Positions 12,669 through 25,769 of a DNA stretch of 64,000 nucleotides are shown one piece after another. The position numbers and the translations under genes are program-made. Source of the stretch: Phaeosaccion multiseriatum (lineage: Eukaryota > Protista > Ochrophyta, other classes); the NCBI GenBank assembly GCA_965112735.1, contig OZ218953.1:5580001-5644000 (forward strand), read 5' to 3'. The first letter of the stretch is position 1. The number at the start of each line of letters is the position of its first letter. Under the pieces are notes generated by a model, which saw only the letters and a list, made by a program, of their open reading frames with translations, searched no databases and was not told the DNA's origin.

Positions 12669-13073
12669 GCTTGGGAGGGAAGGAGGGAATGGAGAAGGTG
12701 CGACGAGGGGAGGGAAAAGGTGCACCACACCTCGAAGATAGATCATGATTATGATATTTCGTCCTTGCGGCGAGCTCGTGCAGGCCGGCCGCAAGAGGGG
12801 AGAGGGAGGATATGTTCCAAAGTACGCGAGCAAAAGGAAGTAGAAGGAAGTATAATTGTACTAAATTCCATTTCCCCCAACTTCTTAAAAGCTATTATCT
12901 TACAATTAACTATGTACAGTCAAAGGCGCCACTCGACCTCTGCGGTGTGCTTTTGACTGTGTTACAGCAGGGGGGGCGCTTTGCCCTGCTGCGGGCCCTT
13001 TGAGATACATGGCCTGAGGCCACACATGGCCTGAGGCCCGCCCCCTCACCCCGCCCCCCCCAGCGCACTCCCA

Positions 13074-15575
13074 TCAGTCGAAGTGTATCCCAATCGCGTC
13101 GCACTGGTCCCACGAGTAGCTGTCGTACATGTAGGGCAGGCTGTCGCTGCCCGGCAGGATGAGGTCGAGGATCTCGCCATTTGTGAGGCGCACCGTCTCC
13201 CCGTCAATCTCGAAGGAGAAAGGCCTAATGTCGTCGTAGCCGTGCCCAAAGCACGTCCCGCTGACGCAAGTGGGCAGTTCCACCTCAGTCTCCACCTCGC
13301 TCCAATCGCAAACGAGTCCGCTGTCTCCCACGTCGCTCGTGTGCATGTATCCCCACGCCGGGTCCCACGAGGCGTCTGCCGTGAGAAATTTCTGCCCCAG
13401 GAAGCGCTCCATGGCGGGGTGCAGGATCCAAAAGGTGGGGTCTTGCGGGGCGGCGGACGTGTACATCTCCCCCACCGTGCCCGTCTCGCACAACACACCG
13501 AGGATGCTTGTCCACATGTGTGCGGTGGCGGCCTCGTCCTCCTCCAAGCCCGCGTACATGAAGCGGCCCAGCGCCTCGTCGTAGTAAATGTATGACGACG
13601 AGACGGCCATCCACTCCAGGGCCTTGCTCTGCTGTAGGGCGTCGTAAGAAGAGAGTCCGTTGGCCTCGAGCACCTCCGCCGGACAGGAGGTGCGGCATTC
13701 CGAGTACGGCACGCCCTCCGAGCAGTCCTCGGCGGTGCGGAGGAAGCCCATCCTCCAGAGGGTCTTGAAGAGGAGGGGGTGTTTGCCGGGCATCCTAAGC
13801 TTCATCATGAGGTCATTCACTTCGTCACCAAGCCCCCACTCGCCGCCGATGAGGATGTGCACGGGCCCGTGGGTGCCGCCGTTGAGGCAGTTCTGCATAG
13901 CGGCGAAGCTGATCAACCATGTCCCGTGTTGTGTGTGAGAGCGTTTGGGAATCAACACCAAGATCCAAGAGCAGGGGTTCATGTGAGGATGGGGGGGAAG
14001 CGGCGGAGGGGAGATTGAGATCATTGTAGAGGGGGATGGACGGGGTTGAAGAAAGTACTCTCTGCTCACAAGGGTGTTCTGAATAGCATGTCCGTTCTGA
14101 GCTCTGCCCACACTTTCCATCCACAAACTTGAGTGGCAGATATATCGCACGCACGCATGCACACATACACGTGCACATGCACACACGCACACCCGCACAC
14201 GATCATACACGAATACACTCACAACGCGCACACGCCCCCCCCCTCACCTTGGTCTGATGAAGCAGTCCTTGAACGTAGAGCAGGTGGGCGGAGAGAAAGT
14301 GGTCACACCATTGGTCTTGACACTCCGCTGCAGGAATGGCACCGGGCTCGTGTTCCACGGCGACCGCAGCAAGCCGTACGGATTGTGCACCGCCTCCCAC
14401 GCGTCTGCCGCCACCGGGGTGTATGCCCACCTCCCCTGACGAACAACATGGTTTGGCAAGTTGTCGCCCTCCCCTCCCTCAGTGACAGGGTTGTTGTTCC
14501 CGAACCAATTGGCATGGAAGATCGGGCTCTTATCTAGGGTGCCGTCTGTAGAAAGCTCCCCATCAATGGTGTGGTCCCAGTAGGGGATGGCTACCGAAGG
14601 GTCAATGACTTGCAAAGCCTGCTCCACCGATAGCGTCACCCCCACGTGGTTGGTGACGATGCCGGCGTCATCGTGCCAACCGTCGCACGTCTTCACACCA
14701 GCCCCGTCAAGGTGCATGCTAATAAAGAAGGACATTGGCTTGTAGGAAGGTCCGAAGAGCTGCTTCCCTGTGCTGTCGTCGACTCGATACATGGTCTCCA
14801 ATGCATCGAGGAAACGGTTCCTGTCGTCGTCCGTTAGTGCCCGGATTTCTCTGCGTACATACTTCACCATGACCTCCCCCGTCAAAGTCGTGGAGTGACT
14901 CCACGCATCTCCATCAACGAGCTGTCCCTGCTGGACCTGAACCGTCTGATATCCCACCGATGTGAAGGTGTAGTCCACTGCAGAGCTGCCGCTGCTGCTC
15001 CACTCGGAACCAATGGACCACCTATAGGCCGCCCCATCCGCAGCGGTCGGGCAGGCCTCTGTCGACGGCTCCCCTCCCTCCTCCCCGCTGCTGCACTGCA
15101 CCTCCAGAGTGCTCGTCCGGAAAGGCTCGGCCAAGTGTGCCCACTTGTCTATCCAGGTGATGGGCTGTTCTCGAGTATAGCTATTCGTCACCGTGAAGCT
15201 TACGGCCCGTCCCGCTAACTCTGCAGTCGCCGTTGAGCTCGAAAGCTTGTCTGCAGTGGCGGCCTGCATACCGCTACCACCAACAATGTCAAGTCCATCA
15301 CCATTCGAGGACACAAGGGGGCCTCGTAATGCCACACCAAGGACCCCTACAAAAGTCAAGGTCAAGACTCCCACAAGCGCAAGCCGTAACTTGCCTCGAG
15401 ACCGCGGCGATGGCTCCTGCTGCTGCTGCTGCTGCTGCTGCGGGTGCAGCAAGGACGAGCGCAGAGACGATGCTGAAGGCAGGTCTTGAGAGAGCGAGTG
15501 AGGCAAGCCCTTCTCTGGCACCGCACTTCCATGGCCGTCTGAGAAGCTGTTGTAGTGATACCGCTGCAGAGGCAT
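13074..15575 (-). CDS. Tyrosinase-like (type-3 dicopper) protein with an N-terminal membrane anchor; 2 exons
   Basis: VRREIRALTDDDRNRFLDAL; CuA histidines (SMH, GWH, TNH) followed by SVAIPYWD; CuB GTHGPVH..GG and APQDPTFWILHPAMER. TM helix LALVGVLTLTFVGVLGVAL. One intron at about 14248-13910. Confidence 0.85.
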
Positions 15576-16130
15576 CTTGCCTACAGCGACACGGAAGTTA
15601 TGGTTGAATTTTGGCTCGTCTTATCATAGCACTGCTGCTGTTGCTTTGCTCTTTTATGTATCATCTCTATCTCGACGTTACACATACCTCACCTCAAACT
15701 GGAAATTCTGCGTTTCTCCTCCCAGCTGGCGGCGGTTTAGTTCTATTTTTCTATTTTTTTTACAATGTAATTAATTAAAACAATAACTAATAATGGAGAG
15801 TGGAGAGTAGACTTCCGAGTATCGCGGCACTACACGGAGGCTCGGCTTGCTCGAAGCGGAATACATTGGCGCTCCGCTCGCTTGAAGCTGGGCGCCAAAC
15901 AGGGGAGGGAAGGATTGAAGCGCGCGAGAGAGAGAGCTTGAGAGTGGAATGGTGCCTTGAAGCGAGGGGCTTACTTCGCCCTGCCCTTTCACCCCCCGCG
16001 CCCAAGCCGTCTCCAAGGCTCCAGCCATTCCTCCTGCCGTGTGTGTGGCTCCTGGGGGCTTGAACTGACTCAATCGAGCCTCTCCCTCGCCCCTTGTCAC
16101 AGCTCCAATCCTCCAAGAAGCTCGTTCGAA

Positions 16131-18644
16131 TCATGGAAAGGAGACGGGAAGCGTGTTGTACTTTCTGAACTCCTCAGGAATGCCCAGCACCGTTCCTTTC
16201 AGGCAGACAAGGCGAGTGGGATGGGCGAGGTGAGCAGCAGCGATACAGAGGGGGGGACACGCCAAGACAAGCGCAATACAGAGGGGTTCGGTCTCCCCTG
16301 CCCGTCAGCTGCACGGGAGGGAGAGCTTTGTCTCCCGTGCCTATCCCCATCCGGGCCCAATCCGGGCAATTCGATTCATCTCACCTTGGCACTGAGAGTT
16401 ATCCACGGCAAACATCTCCCACGCCTCGATCCCGCACTCTCCCAGCACCTTTTCCACCTTGGCCAGTTGCTTCTCCTCGGGCCAGTTGCCGGTGGGGGTC
16501 ACGACGAGGGCCCCGCTGTAGGCCTGGCCTGCTGCCTTCGCGGCGCCTGAGTAATAGAAAACGCCTGGGGAGGGGGAGAGTGAGGCTGTGAGACTACTAC
16601 TCCATCGTGCAGAGGGGCCTTCAGAGCTCCACATGCAGCGACGGGGCCTTGCCTGCTTAACTCACCCCAGCTTAGATCGTCCTCCACGTGCACGATCCTC
16701 CAGTACTCCTGCGAGGTCACTCCGTTGTCCAGCACGCTGAAGTGAAACGTGGCTGGCTCGGTGCCCCTCTTGACTCGGTAGTGCCTTCGCCGCCACACCT
16801 TTTCGCCTATGATGCCCCGTGCGAGGAGAAAGGGGAGAGAGAGGAGACGACAGGAAGATGGGTAAGCGAAAGAGGACCGCAGTGGAAACGGGGGCACACA
16901 ACAGTCAACACGGAGAGGGGAAAGCAGCATTGCCTCCACCTCCACCTATATGCCTCCATCCCCAGACTCACCGGCAAGGGTCTCCACTCTGAAGACCGGA
17001 TCGTACCACATGCCCGTCTTGCCCTTGCCCTTGTAAAAGATTTGGTATTGGCAATTGAACTGGTCGTAGGCAGCATTCAGACCCGCCACCACCTTCCAGG
17101 AGTGGGCGGGCTTGGGATCCTCAGGCCGCTCGTTGCCATTGACCATTGCTGGGTCACGGCCCAGCCACCCGATGAAGAGCTTCTCGGCGATTTCGAAGGT
17201 CATGGGTTGTTTGCGGAAGGATTTCATGGGCGTTATCTCAGGTAGCATGGGCGTTGTGGCGGTGTTTCCCATGCAGTTGTTCTTCTGCAGGATGCAGAGC
17301 GCAAACTGTTCGAATTTCTCCGACTCGTAGGATGTGATGCACCTGTAAGCGCAAACTTTAATTTCATCAAAGAAGGAGCGCGAGGGCGAGGGCGAGGGCG
17401 AGGAGAGCATCAAGACTCACCGAGACAAAGCGCGTGTGTGCATGGACAGGGATGTAGACCAGAAGACTGACGGAAGTTAGTAAGGAAGGGCCTACCTTGG
17501 TCGTTGGGCGGACAGGCCTCGAGGCAGTCCAGGCAGGCCTTGCAGTCGGGGTCGCTAACGCAGGAAACAATCTGACTCGTGCATTTTGTACACATGCACT
17601 TTAATTCGTTCAAACCCGCCTTCTTGCCCAGGCCTTGCACCTGGCGGGTGCAGGAAGAGACACAGCATGGCAGAGCAGAGCAGAGCTGAGCATCACACAC
17701 GGTCCCCTTCGCGAGAGGGGCGTGCCCTTCTCCCCACTACTTCTCTCTGACCTGTTCCACAGGCGTGACGTAGGCGTGTATGAGGGACAGCAAGAGGAAG
17801 GTGATGTCCTCTGGCGCCCCCCGCTCAAAGTAGGACTCCACGGCCTCCCACACCCCCTCGTCCTTCTTGCTGCCGCTGCCCCAGGCCCCGAGCAGCTCCA
17901 ACAGACTTGCAAACACACCGCCGCTTCCCCGCTGGCCTTCATCGTATGGGTTGAGCCCGCCAAGCTTGCTTGCCTGCTGCAGGGTGGAAGAAGAGGCGAA
18001 CGATAGTCTCGTGGGCACTGGTTGGATGGCCTCGCTGAGACGGGAGCGAACAAACGAAGGCAAGGAAAGGGAGGTCAGAGGCACAGAAAGACGAAGATGC
18101 AAAGCGTGGGAAGAGGAGGAAGGAGTATGAGCAGGCGGGCTCTCTGCGAACATCACCTGAGGTAGGTCGCCACAGATGTGTCCGAGACATGCGCAGCGAA
18201 GAAGATATTCGCGCTTCCGAGGGCTTCTTCGAAGCGGTCGCGCTGTTCGCCGCCATCAGCAAGGGAAGCCTCCTCAAAGACATCCATGCTAAAGGCGGGG
18301 TTTGTCCACGCGAGCCTCCTGGCGAGCTGCTGCATCACCTCATGCCAGGGGATGTGTCGCCCGCGCCACTTGAAGCGACTATCCACAGCTGCGGGCGCCA
18401 CACACACGACTCTGCAAAGCTCGCTTGCGGCGCTCGAAGCACCCTTCCTTATCGTGTCCAATTGTTCGGTGCCCATTGGTGCGCCCGCGGTGGACAAGCG
18501 CAGCTCGCTGCTTCTCCTCATGCTCCTGCTGCCCTGAGCTGTCTTCGTTCTGCTTGTCGTTCTCAGGAAGGACGAGACGAAAGGCGACGCCGTCTTGCAG
18601 CAGCAGAGCAGCGTAGCGCCTGCCAGTATCAGAGGTCGCCTCAT
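16131..18644 (-). CDS. VDR: Violaxanthin de-epoxidase-related protein (VDR), plastid-targeted, multi-exon
   Basis: Signal-like N-terminus (..KTASPFVS). Cys-rich domain C..C..DPDCKACLDCL..C..NDQVCAYRCITSYES..F..CILQKNNC. Lipocalin-like part WKVVAGLNAAYDQFNCQYQIFY, MWYDPVFRV, VWRRRHYRVKR, FSVLDNGV, YSGAAKAAGQAYSGA. Last exon GTVLGIPEEF..FP*. Confidence 0.88.
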
Positions 18645-18787
18645 GATAGAAGGCAGAGAAGAGGCGGTAGGGATCGGGGAACAAAAGAGCAGGCAGGCAG
18701 CAGGGAAAGAGAGAACCAACCAGGCTATCACAGATGGCGAAGAGAGCGACATTTTTTTTTTTTGGTCAGTTGCTCTGTTTGAGAGAC

Positions 18788-19708
18788 ATGAAGCGGCCTC
18801 GCCCCCGCAGTGATGACGAAGACCAGGAGCAGGAGAGTGGCGATGCTGGGACTGCGGTAGCAGGAGAGCAGGCATCGAAGAAGGGGGCGGGGGCAGTGCC
18901 AACCGTGCTGAGACCCCCCACGCTTGGGCCTGCGGCACCGCAAGGGGGCACCGTGCTGGAAAGAGCCCTCGGCAAGCCTGAAACAGGGCCACCGAGCGGG
19001 AAGGTCTTTATGGGTAATCTCGAGTGGAGGTGAGGCGGAGTGAAAGTTCCCCCTGGCGACTTACCTGCCATTTCCGATGATAGGTCGTCGGAACTGCTGT
19101 CCCTCTGTGAACGACTCCTGACTGTACCATCCCGAAATTTTATGCCAACTACCACCCCCCCCCCTCCCTCTCTCAGAGTTACCGAAGAGATGATACTGAA
19201 GGTGTGTCGGCAGTTTGGTACGCTGGTTAGATCCTCCTTTGCGCACCACCACGACGGCCCCTTACGAGGCAAGCCGCGCGGGTACTGCTTCGTGGAGTTT
19301 AACACAGCAGAAGAGGCCGCCAAGGCTATCATGGGGCTGGACGGACGCCGCCTTTTCGGGAAGACGCTCAAAGTGCGTTTCTCCAAACCCGAGGGCGCAG
19401 GGCCTGATTATGTGTATCCAGGCCCCAATGGCACCACAGGAGCTGCAGCAGGGGCGACCAGCGCGACTGGAGGCATCCCTGGCGGAGGGGGCGATGCTGG
19501 AGGAGGACTTCCTGGAGGACTTGCTGTCGGTGCTGCTGATGCTGGAGCAAGCGCGGCCGCTACTGCGGCAGCTGCTGCGAGCGATACCATGGCTGGGGAT
19601 GAGATGAAGTTGACGCGGACAATGGCTTTGCTCAAGCAGAAGCTGAGGGAGGGTCGCCTTGCTCGCGAAGAGGATAAGAAGCCTCGCCATGATGGAAGGA
19701 AGAGCTAA
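18788..19708 (+). CDS. RBM18: RRM-containing RNA-binding protein, RBM18-like; 2 exons
   Basis: KVFMGNLEWRVTEEMILKVCRQFG..HHHDGPLRGKPRGYCFVEFNTAEEAAKAIMGLDGRRLFGKTLKVRFS. The H..G...G.PRGYCFV.F RNP1 context is typical of RBM18. Intron at about 19030-19177. Confidence 0.75.
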
Positions 19709-20227
19709 ATTATGACACGATGGCAACTGCCTTTTGCTCACATGTACAAGTGCGCGTCTCAAATTACCAACGGATGTGGTCCTTGCTGCTGCTGAGACAC
19801 GGGCACTCCTTTGTGTGGAGTTTAGCTTGTCGGCTTGGCTTCTCTTTCACCCCTCTCCCAAATCGACCACTCTTTGACTCTTTGGTCTCTGTCGCCGGTG
19901 TTGCGTCACAGCCTCTGTTAGGTCCTCCTCAAACCGCGCTCAATTTGTATACATGAACACCCGCTACTCGTGTCCATGTGGAGCGCAAGTGTAAGGCGGC
20001 TACTTTGGTGATTTGCGTCGCTTGGTGCTGCACGACACACGTACGGTATGTGATGTCCCAAAAAAAACAAAAAACAGAAGGCTTTAAGACAAGCAAGCCA
20101 GTTGTGATTCAAATCGTCGGATCATCAACACGGACCGGTGTCGCACTCTCTTCCTTTTTTCCCTCTCTTGCTCATCCTGATTAAGACCTCGCCCCCCACA
20201 ACCTGCTACCTGCTGAGAAAGTGCGGA

Positions 20228-21563
20228 ATGTCTCACTCCAAAGTGTGGTGCGCGATCTGCTGCTACTCTCTGGCTGTGGCCCTGTGCTTCATAGCCTCCT
20301 CCGCACTGAGGATGATTCCTGTGGCGCCTCTTTCTCTGGCACCATCGGACTTTCGGTCCAAGTCATGTCAGCGGGGGGGGGGGCTGGTGCACTCCTTCGG
20401 AAGAGTGGATACCAACAGGTGCGTGTAGGGGGGTGGGGGAAGTGGACGTTCTTTCCTTCCTCCGAATCCCCCGGCTTGACCCTCTGGTGCCTCTGGCAAC
20501 CCTTCGCGTCACTTGGCCATTCAGCCCGTGGGCATGCTCTGCGTCGGCGAGCTCCAAACGGAGGAGCAGGAGCTGTGTAGGAAGCACACTGTTTGCCAAG
20601 GGTAAAGGCGGGAGCTCTGAGGGCGGAGCCCCCCGGTCCTCCCCCAAGGGCTTCGGGAAGCCCCCAGCGCCGGCATCAGCACCAGAATCGGCAGTGCCAG
20701 GGCCCGCTGCCCAGGGAGGGAGTAGCGACGCTGGGGAGAATATTGAAGGAAAGGGTATCGCCATGATGGGTGCGAATAGCACACCAGCGGCACCGGACGA
20801 ACAACTACAGAATGCGAAACTCACACTGGCTTTCACCTGCAAGCTGTGCAAGTCGAGAAGCGTGTACAAGGTGCGCAGTGGAGGAGAGAGAAATGGGGGT
20901 CACGAAGATGTAGGGAGGGCAACAGCGAGTACCATACTCCCTCTGAATTTCCCTCTCTGCGTTTTCCGAGGGGTGGAGGACTATCCATCTCCTTTCAAGA
21001 CACTACTCGTCGCTGGCTGCAATGGCCTTCACTGCGAGATTGTGGAGGAGGATGAGGGGCTCGTGCGTGGAACATCTCAGTTTTGACACGATGCATGTGT
21101 TGATAGGTAACCTTGCTCGCTGCTCTCCTCTTGTCCATCCTATCTGTCGTGGTGATCGTGCTGCTGCTGCTGCTGCTGCTGCTATTGCTATTGCTATTGC
21201 TTGTTGCCTCGCCTATGCTCCGAGCAGATCAGCCGCATCGCCTATAACGAGGGCATGGTGATTGCCATCTGCAGGGGCTGCCAGGCTAAGCATCTCATTG
21301 CAGACAACAACGACAAGATGGACTTCAAAGGCTTCACCAGCAACATCGAGGAGTTCCTCAAGCTCAAGGGGGAGGGGGTGCAGCGCATCAAGGTCACGGA
21401 GGAGGGGCTCAAGCACAAGACGGCGGAGTACTTGGCGGGGGGAGGGCGGAAAGTGTGGGACAGCGTCAGTGGAGATGCCCCCCATGCAGTCTTGTCTACC
21501 CCGATGGAGGAGGGAGAGGCGCTCGCCGAGGTTGTGACCGCCGAGGAGGACTACCAAGAGTAG
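20228..21563 (+). CDS. DNL-type zinc-finger protein (Hsp70 escort Hep/Zim17 family), probably plastid-targeted; 3 exons
   Basis: LAFTCKLCKSRS..ISRIAYNEGMVIAICRGCQAKHLIADN is the zf-DNL consensus. The N-terminus is hydrophobic and signal-like, followed by a Ser/Arg-rich transit-like region. Exons at about 20228-20418, 20525-20870 and 21227-21563. Confidence 0.8.
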
Positions 21564-21925
21564 GGAGCAGGGGGACTACCAAGGGTATAGAGATGTTCGA
21601 TCGAAAGAGGGGAGAGGGGGAGCCGTAGAGCGGAGAGGGGAGGGCAGGAGGAGGTGGAGGACGAACCAGTGTCGGATATTCGCGGCAGGAGGAGTTTAGA
21701 AAGCGTGAATGTTTTTTTTGAAAAGAACATAAGACGGACAGCACTGCTGCCATTGTACATGAACAACTTTTGTTTCCGGGTTTGTTCGGGCGGGTGTGAT
21801 GATCGAGTGTGAGAAGGATGACAGAATTTGAGTTTCAGGTGGCGATTGCACTTTGCCACACCCCGTGCAAACAAGAGAAAGAGAGAGAGAAAGAGAGAGC
21901 AAGAGAGAGGGAAAAGGGTGTAGGA

Positions 21926-24169
21926 ATGCGTCGCCTCCTCGCAGAAAGGCTGGTCCAAGCTGGCCAGCGAAGGAGAGAAGTGTGGAGCGGGGCGACGCAC
22001 TTAACTCATCATCACCCGCACCGGCAGCAGATCAGGGAGATTCGGGGCGGAGCAGTGGTTGGAGGGAAGAGAGGAAGAGAGGGTGGGGCTGCCACGCCTC
22101 CATCTTCATCTTCTGGAGCTCTTGGTGGAAGCAGGGAAAGTGGGAGCAGCTTGCTGCCCGGAAATGTTTCAGAGGAGCTTAACCAGAAGTTTTCGGCCTC
22201 CCTCGCAGGTGGAGACACGGTGGCCGCTACGGGGTATTATTGGAAGATTCATGACTCGAGCAGCCCCCTCCGGACGCATAGGAGAATGCAGATGATACAA
22301 TTGCTGTGCCGGCTGGAGAAGCTCACAGAAGCCAGTGAACTGCTCACTATGACTCTGCAGGGACCATCGCAGGGACAAGCCACAGAAAAGACAGGATCTG
22401 AGGGAAGAAGAGCCGCGAGAAAGAGGGGAACAGGAAGAACAAGAGGAAGACGAGGAGCAGCAGCGGCAGCAGAGGCAACAATAGGGACTCCATACCGAAG
22501 CCTCCATGCTCACGACGCGAGCACTGTGGCCGCCTTCATCTACCTGTTGGAGGCTGTTGTGAGAGCCGGAGACGTGCCGCTGGCGCTACTGCACTTTCGC
22601 CAGGCAAGGGATCTCTGCGTCTCGCTTGACCTCCCTCTCCTCACAGACCTCACTCTCTTGCTCCTTCAAACTACTTCGGACAACGAGACCCGTGAGAGAC
22701 TGCGGGCACAGGAGGGGCAGCCGCAGACGGCGGAATTTGGCGCCTCAGATAGATGGGAGCCCATGTGGGAGGTTTTGAAGTACACTCGGCAGCTTGGCAT
22801 GAAGCCTCCGCAGCCGGTCATGGAGCAGATCCTCGTGGTGGCAAGCAGCGCCTACGACATGTCCCTGGCCCTGGACACGATTCACTTCATGTCTGGGCTT
22901 GAGCAAAGGCCATCCGCTGCGCTTTGCACACAATTGGCCTACCGCACCAAGAAGGCGCTCGCTGCCTTGGACCGCAGCGAGCAGGAGTATGTCAACGACA
23001 TTGTTAAGGCAGCGGGGGGCTGGGGCGGCGACGCTACGCGGCTGCGAATAGTTCAGACCCAGCTTGATGAACTCTACCACAACCTTTTGCTGGAGAATTA
23101 TGCAGAGGACAGTACAGATACGGCGCCACCGCGACGGCCAAGAGTAGCCACTATCGAAGACGAGGCAGGAGAAGTGTGGGATGACGGTGAGGAGGAGGGG
23201 CGAGAGGGGAAGGGGGATGTGGAGTGTCTCGGGCTGGACGGGGCGACTCTAGCGGCGGTGGAGGGCGTGTGGAGGAGGGCGATGGAGGCGAGGAGAGTGT
23301 TGGCGGGGGTGCGTGACTGTGCTGTGCGACAGTTTCAGGCGCACACTGACGAAGTCAATATGCGCAAGATGAAGTGGCTCCAGGACGGCTTGCTGGAGCT
23401 GGTGGACGAGGAGGAGGAGAGAGAAGCAAGGGGGGGGGGGAGTCTGCTCGAACACCTGGGCGTGCTTGATTTAGATGATAGCGGGGACGAGGCGGAGGGG
23501 GCGGAGTATGAGGAGAGTGATGACGACACTGATGACGACAGTGGCGACAGCAGCAGCGAGAGCGATGACTACGGCAGTGACGACTGCTCAGACGAGCGAG
23601 TGACCGCATCAGGCGCCTTCCGCAGGAGGAGCAGAAGGAGGAGCACACACAAAGGACCGATTGGGCTTGGTGGCATTGGTGCTGCTGCGAGGGGAGAGCG
23701 CGGGGCTTCTTACACGGCGTACGCGAGGGAGCAGAGACACGCGGAACAGAAGGAGGCGCTGAGAGAGACGGCGAGGATGGTGTCCAAGATACGCAGGCTG
23801 AAGGAAAGGGCTGCTCTGTTGGTTACGGAAACGGAGGAGGTAGACGAGGAATCCTCTGGAGGAGGGGGGGGCACGACGCCCGACGAAAACGAGGAGAGTG
23901 AGTGGGAGGTGGAAGAGCGGAGAGAGCGGGAGGCCCAGCAGGCGGAGGACGACTTCGTTTCGGACCTGCACAGTCACTTTAGAACCAACAGCATTGACTT
24001 GAGCTTCACAGCGACGCCTGCGGCTCCTGCCGCTGCTGCTGCTGCTGTGGCCGGGGCGCAGCACTCTGAGGCGGATTCTGCCGCCGCTGCCGCCGCCGCC
24101 GCGCTCATCGTTGGTAGGCCTCTGCGGAGAGGGGCGGGACAGGGTAGCGAGGACATTCCAGACGAGTGA
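21926..24169 (+). CDS. Hypothetical intronless protein with an Arg-rich (mitochondrial-like) presequence, degenerate PPR-like helical repeats and an acidic tail
   Basis: Long single ORF. Segments such as AFIYLLEAVVRAGDVPLALLHFRQAR and EVLKYTRQLGMKPPQPVMEQILVVAS..ALDTIHFMSGLEQRPS resemble PPR helix pairs. The N-terminus MRRLLAERLVQAGQRRR is Arg-rich. Confidence 0.55.
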   Translation: MRRLLAERLVQAGQRRREVWSGATHLTHHHPHRQQIREIRGGAVVGGKRGREGGAATPPSSSSGALGGSRESGSSLLPGNVSEELNQKFSASLAGGDTVAATGYYWKIHDSSSPLRTHRRMQMIQLLCRLEKLTEASELLTMTLQGPSQGQATEKTGSEGRRAARKRGTGRTRGRRGAAAAAEATIGTPYRSLHAHDASTVAAFIYLLEAVVRAGDVPLALLHFRQARDLCVSLDLPLLTDLTLLLLQTTSDNETRERLRAQEGQPQTAEFGASDRWEPMWEVLKYTRQLGMKPPQPVMEQILVVASSAYDMSLALDTIHFMSGLEQRPSAALCTQLAYRTKKALAALDRSEQEYVNDIVKAAGGWGGDATRLRIVQTQLDELYHNLLLENYAEDSTDTAPPRRPRVATIEDEAGEVWDDGEEEGREGKGDVECLGLDGATLAAVEGVWRRAMEARRVLAGVRDCAVRQFQAHTDEVNMRKMKWLQDGLLELVDEEEEREARGGGSLLEHLGVLDLDDSGDEAEGAEYEESDDDTDDDSGDSSSESDDYGSDDCSDERVTASGAFRRRSRRRSTHKGPIGLGGIGAAARGERGASYTAYAREQRHAEQKEALRETARMVSKIRRLKERAALLVTETEEVDEESSGGGGGTTPDENEESEWEVEERREREAQQAEDDFVSDLHSHFRTNSIDLSFTATPAAPAAAAAAVAGAQHSEADSAAAAAAAALIVGRPLRRGAGQGSEDIPDE

Positions 24170-24328
24170 GAAAAACAAAAAGAAACAAAAATGAGGGCTG
24201 GCGGGAACAACCACCGCGATCGTTTCCCCAACATGATTTCCCCCCTAAAAAATGGAGGTATATGGGCCTGCTCTCCCCCTACCATTTCGTATCGTATCCG
24301 ATTCCTCTCTTTTTTTTATGAAAGCAAG

Positions 24329-25698
24329 ATGAGTCCTCTACCTGCATCTGCACTGTTGGTGGTAGCACTGGGCGGAGCATCGAGTAGTATTGGATCCTCT
24401 GTGCAGGCGTTCGTCCCCGCTTTCCCTGCCCAAGGACGAGCAAGTGCCCCAGTGGGAGGGGGAGGAGAGAGTGCATCGGGGAGGAGAGCTGGAGCAACAG
24501 TTGCAACTGCTGCCGTGGCGAGAGGCGACACTGGAGGTGCTGGAAAGGGTCCACCCAAGAAGGCTGGGGGAAAGAAGGCGGCGGCGGCGGCGGCGGCGGC
24601 TGCTGCTGCCGCTGCTGCTGCCGATGAGGCCCCTCGGCGCCAAGCCCTGGAGGGCGTGATGATGCAGATCGAGCGTTGCTATGGCCGAGGGTCTATCTTA
24701 AAGCTGGGAGAATCGGACGCCATGGGTGTGGAGACAACTAGTACGGGAGCGCTCACTCTGGACATCGCTTTGGGTAAGCGTGTTGTCCATCTCCCCCTTT
24801 TTCGCCCATTGAAGTCTGTCCTTCTCTGCTCCCCCCGCCCCCTCCACCCGCCTCACTGTATACAATATCGTTTACCTCCTATCTCCTGCCCCCCCTCCCT
24901 CTCGCACCTCTCTTATCCTCTGGTCTGCCGTACTTTCCCTTCTGCTTTCCACTGTTTTCGCTCCTCTTTCATTCGCCCCCCCCCCCCCCACAAACACACC
25001 ACACACCACTAACCAACACGCAACGCACAACACCAACAACACCAAATCCCCCCAGGCGGTGGCCTCCCGCGTGGCCGAGTGATTGAGATCTACGGCCCCG
25101 AGAGCAGCGGCAAGACGACTCTCGCGCTCCACGCCCTCGCAGAGGTGCAGAAGAACGGCGGCGTGGCCGCCTTCATCGACGCAGAGCACGCGCTGGACCC
25201 TGCGTACGCTTCCAACCTGGGCGTGGACACAGACAACATGCTGGTGTCTCAGCCCGACTCCGGAGAGATGGCCCTGGACATTGTTGATCAGCTTGTGCGC
25301 TCCTCAGCGGTGGACATGGTTGTAGTGGACTCTGTGGCCGCTCTGGTGCCTCGCGCCGAGCTGGAGGGGGATATGGCGGACATGCAGATGGGCCTGCAGG
25401 CAAGGCTCATGAGCAAGGTGAGGTGCTGAGCGGCAAGGGAGGGGAGGGGAGGGGGGCTGTTTTTTTTTTGACTTAGGGTTAAGCGGCAAGGGAGGGGGCT
25501 CTTTTTTTATAACTTACAGGAATCAACCTAAGAATTACATGTGTGTGTATATGTGCAAGGGAGGGGAGGGGGATGAGAGGGTGGGGGGAAGCTTGAGGAG
25601 AGCCGTTGGGTGAGCGACGACCGACACGCAGGGGCTGGAAAGATGGATAGGAAGGAAAGAGATGTTATGTGTGTATATGCTCAGTTGATAACCTTTCT

Positions 25699-25769
<71 letters not shown>

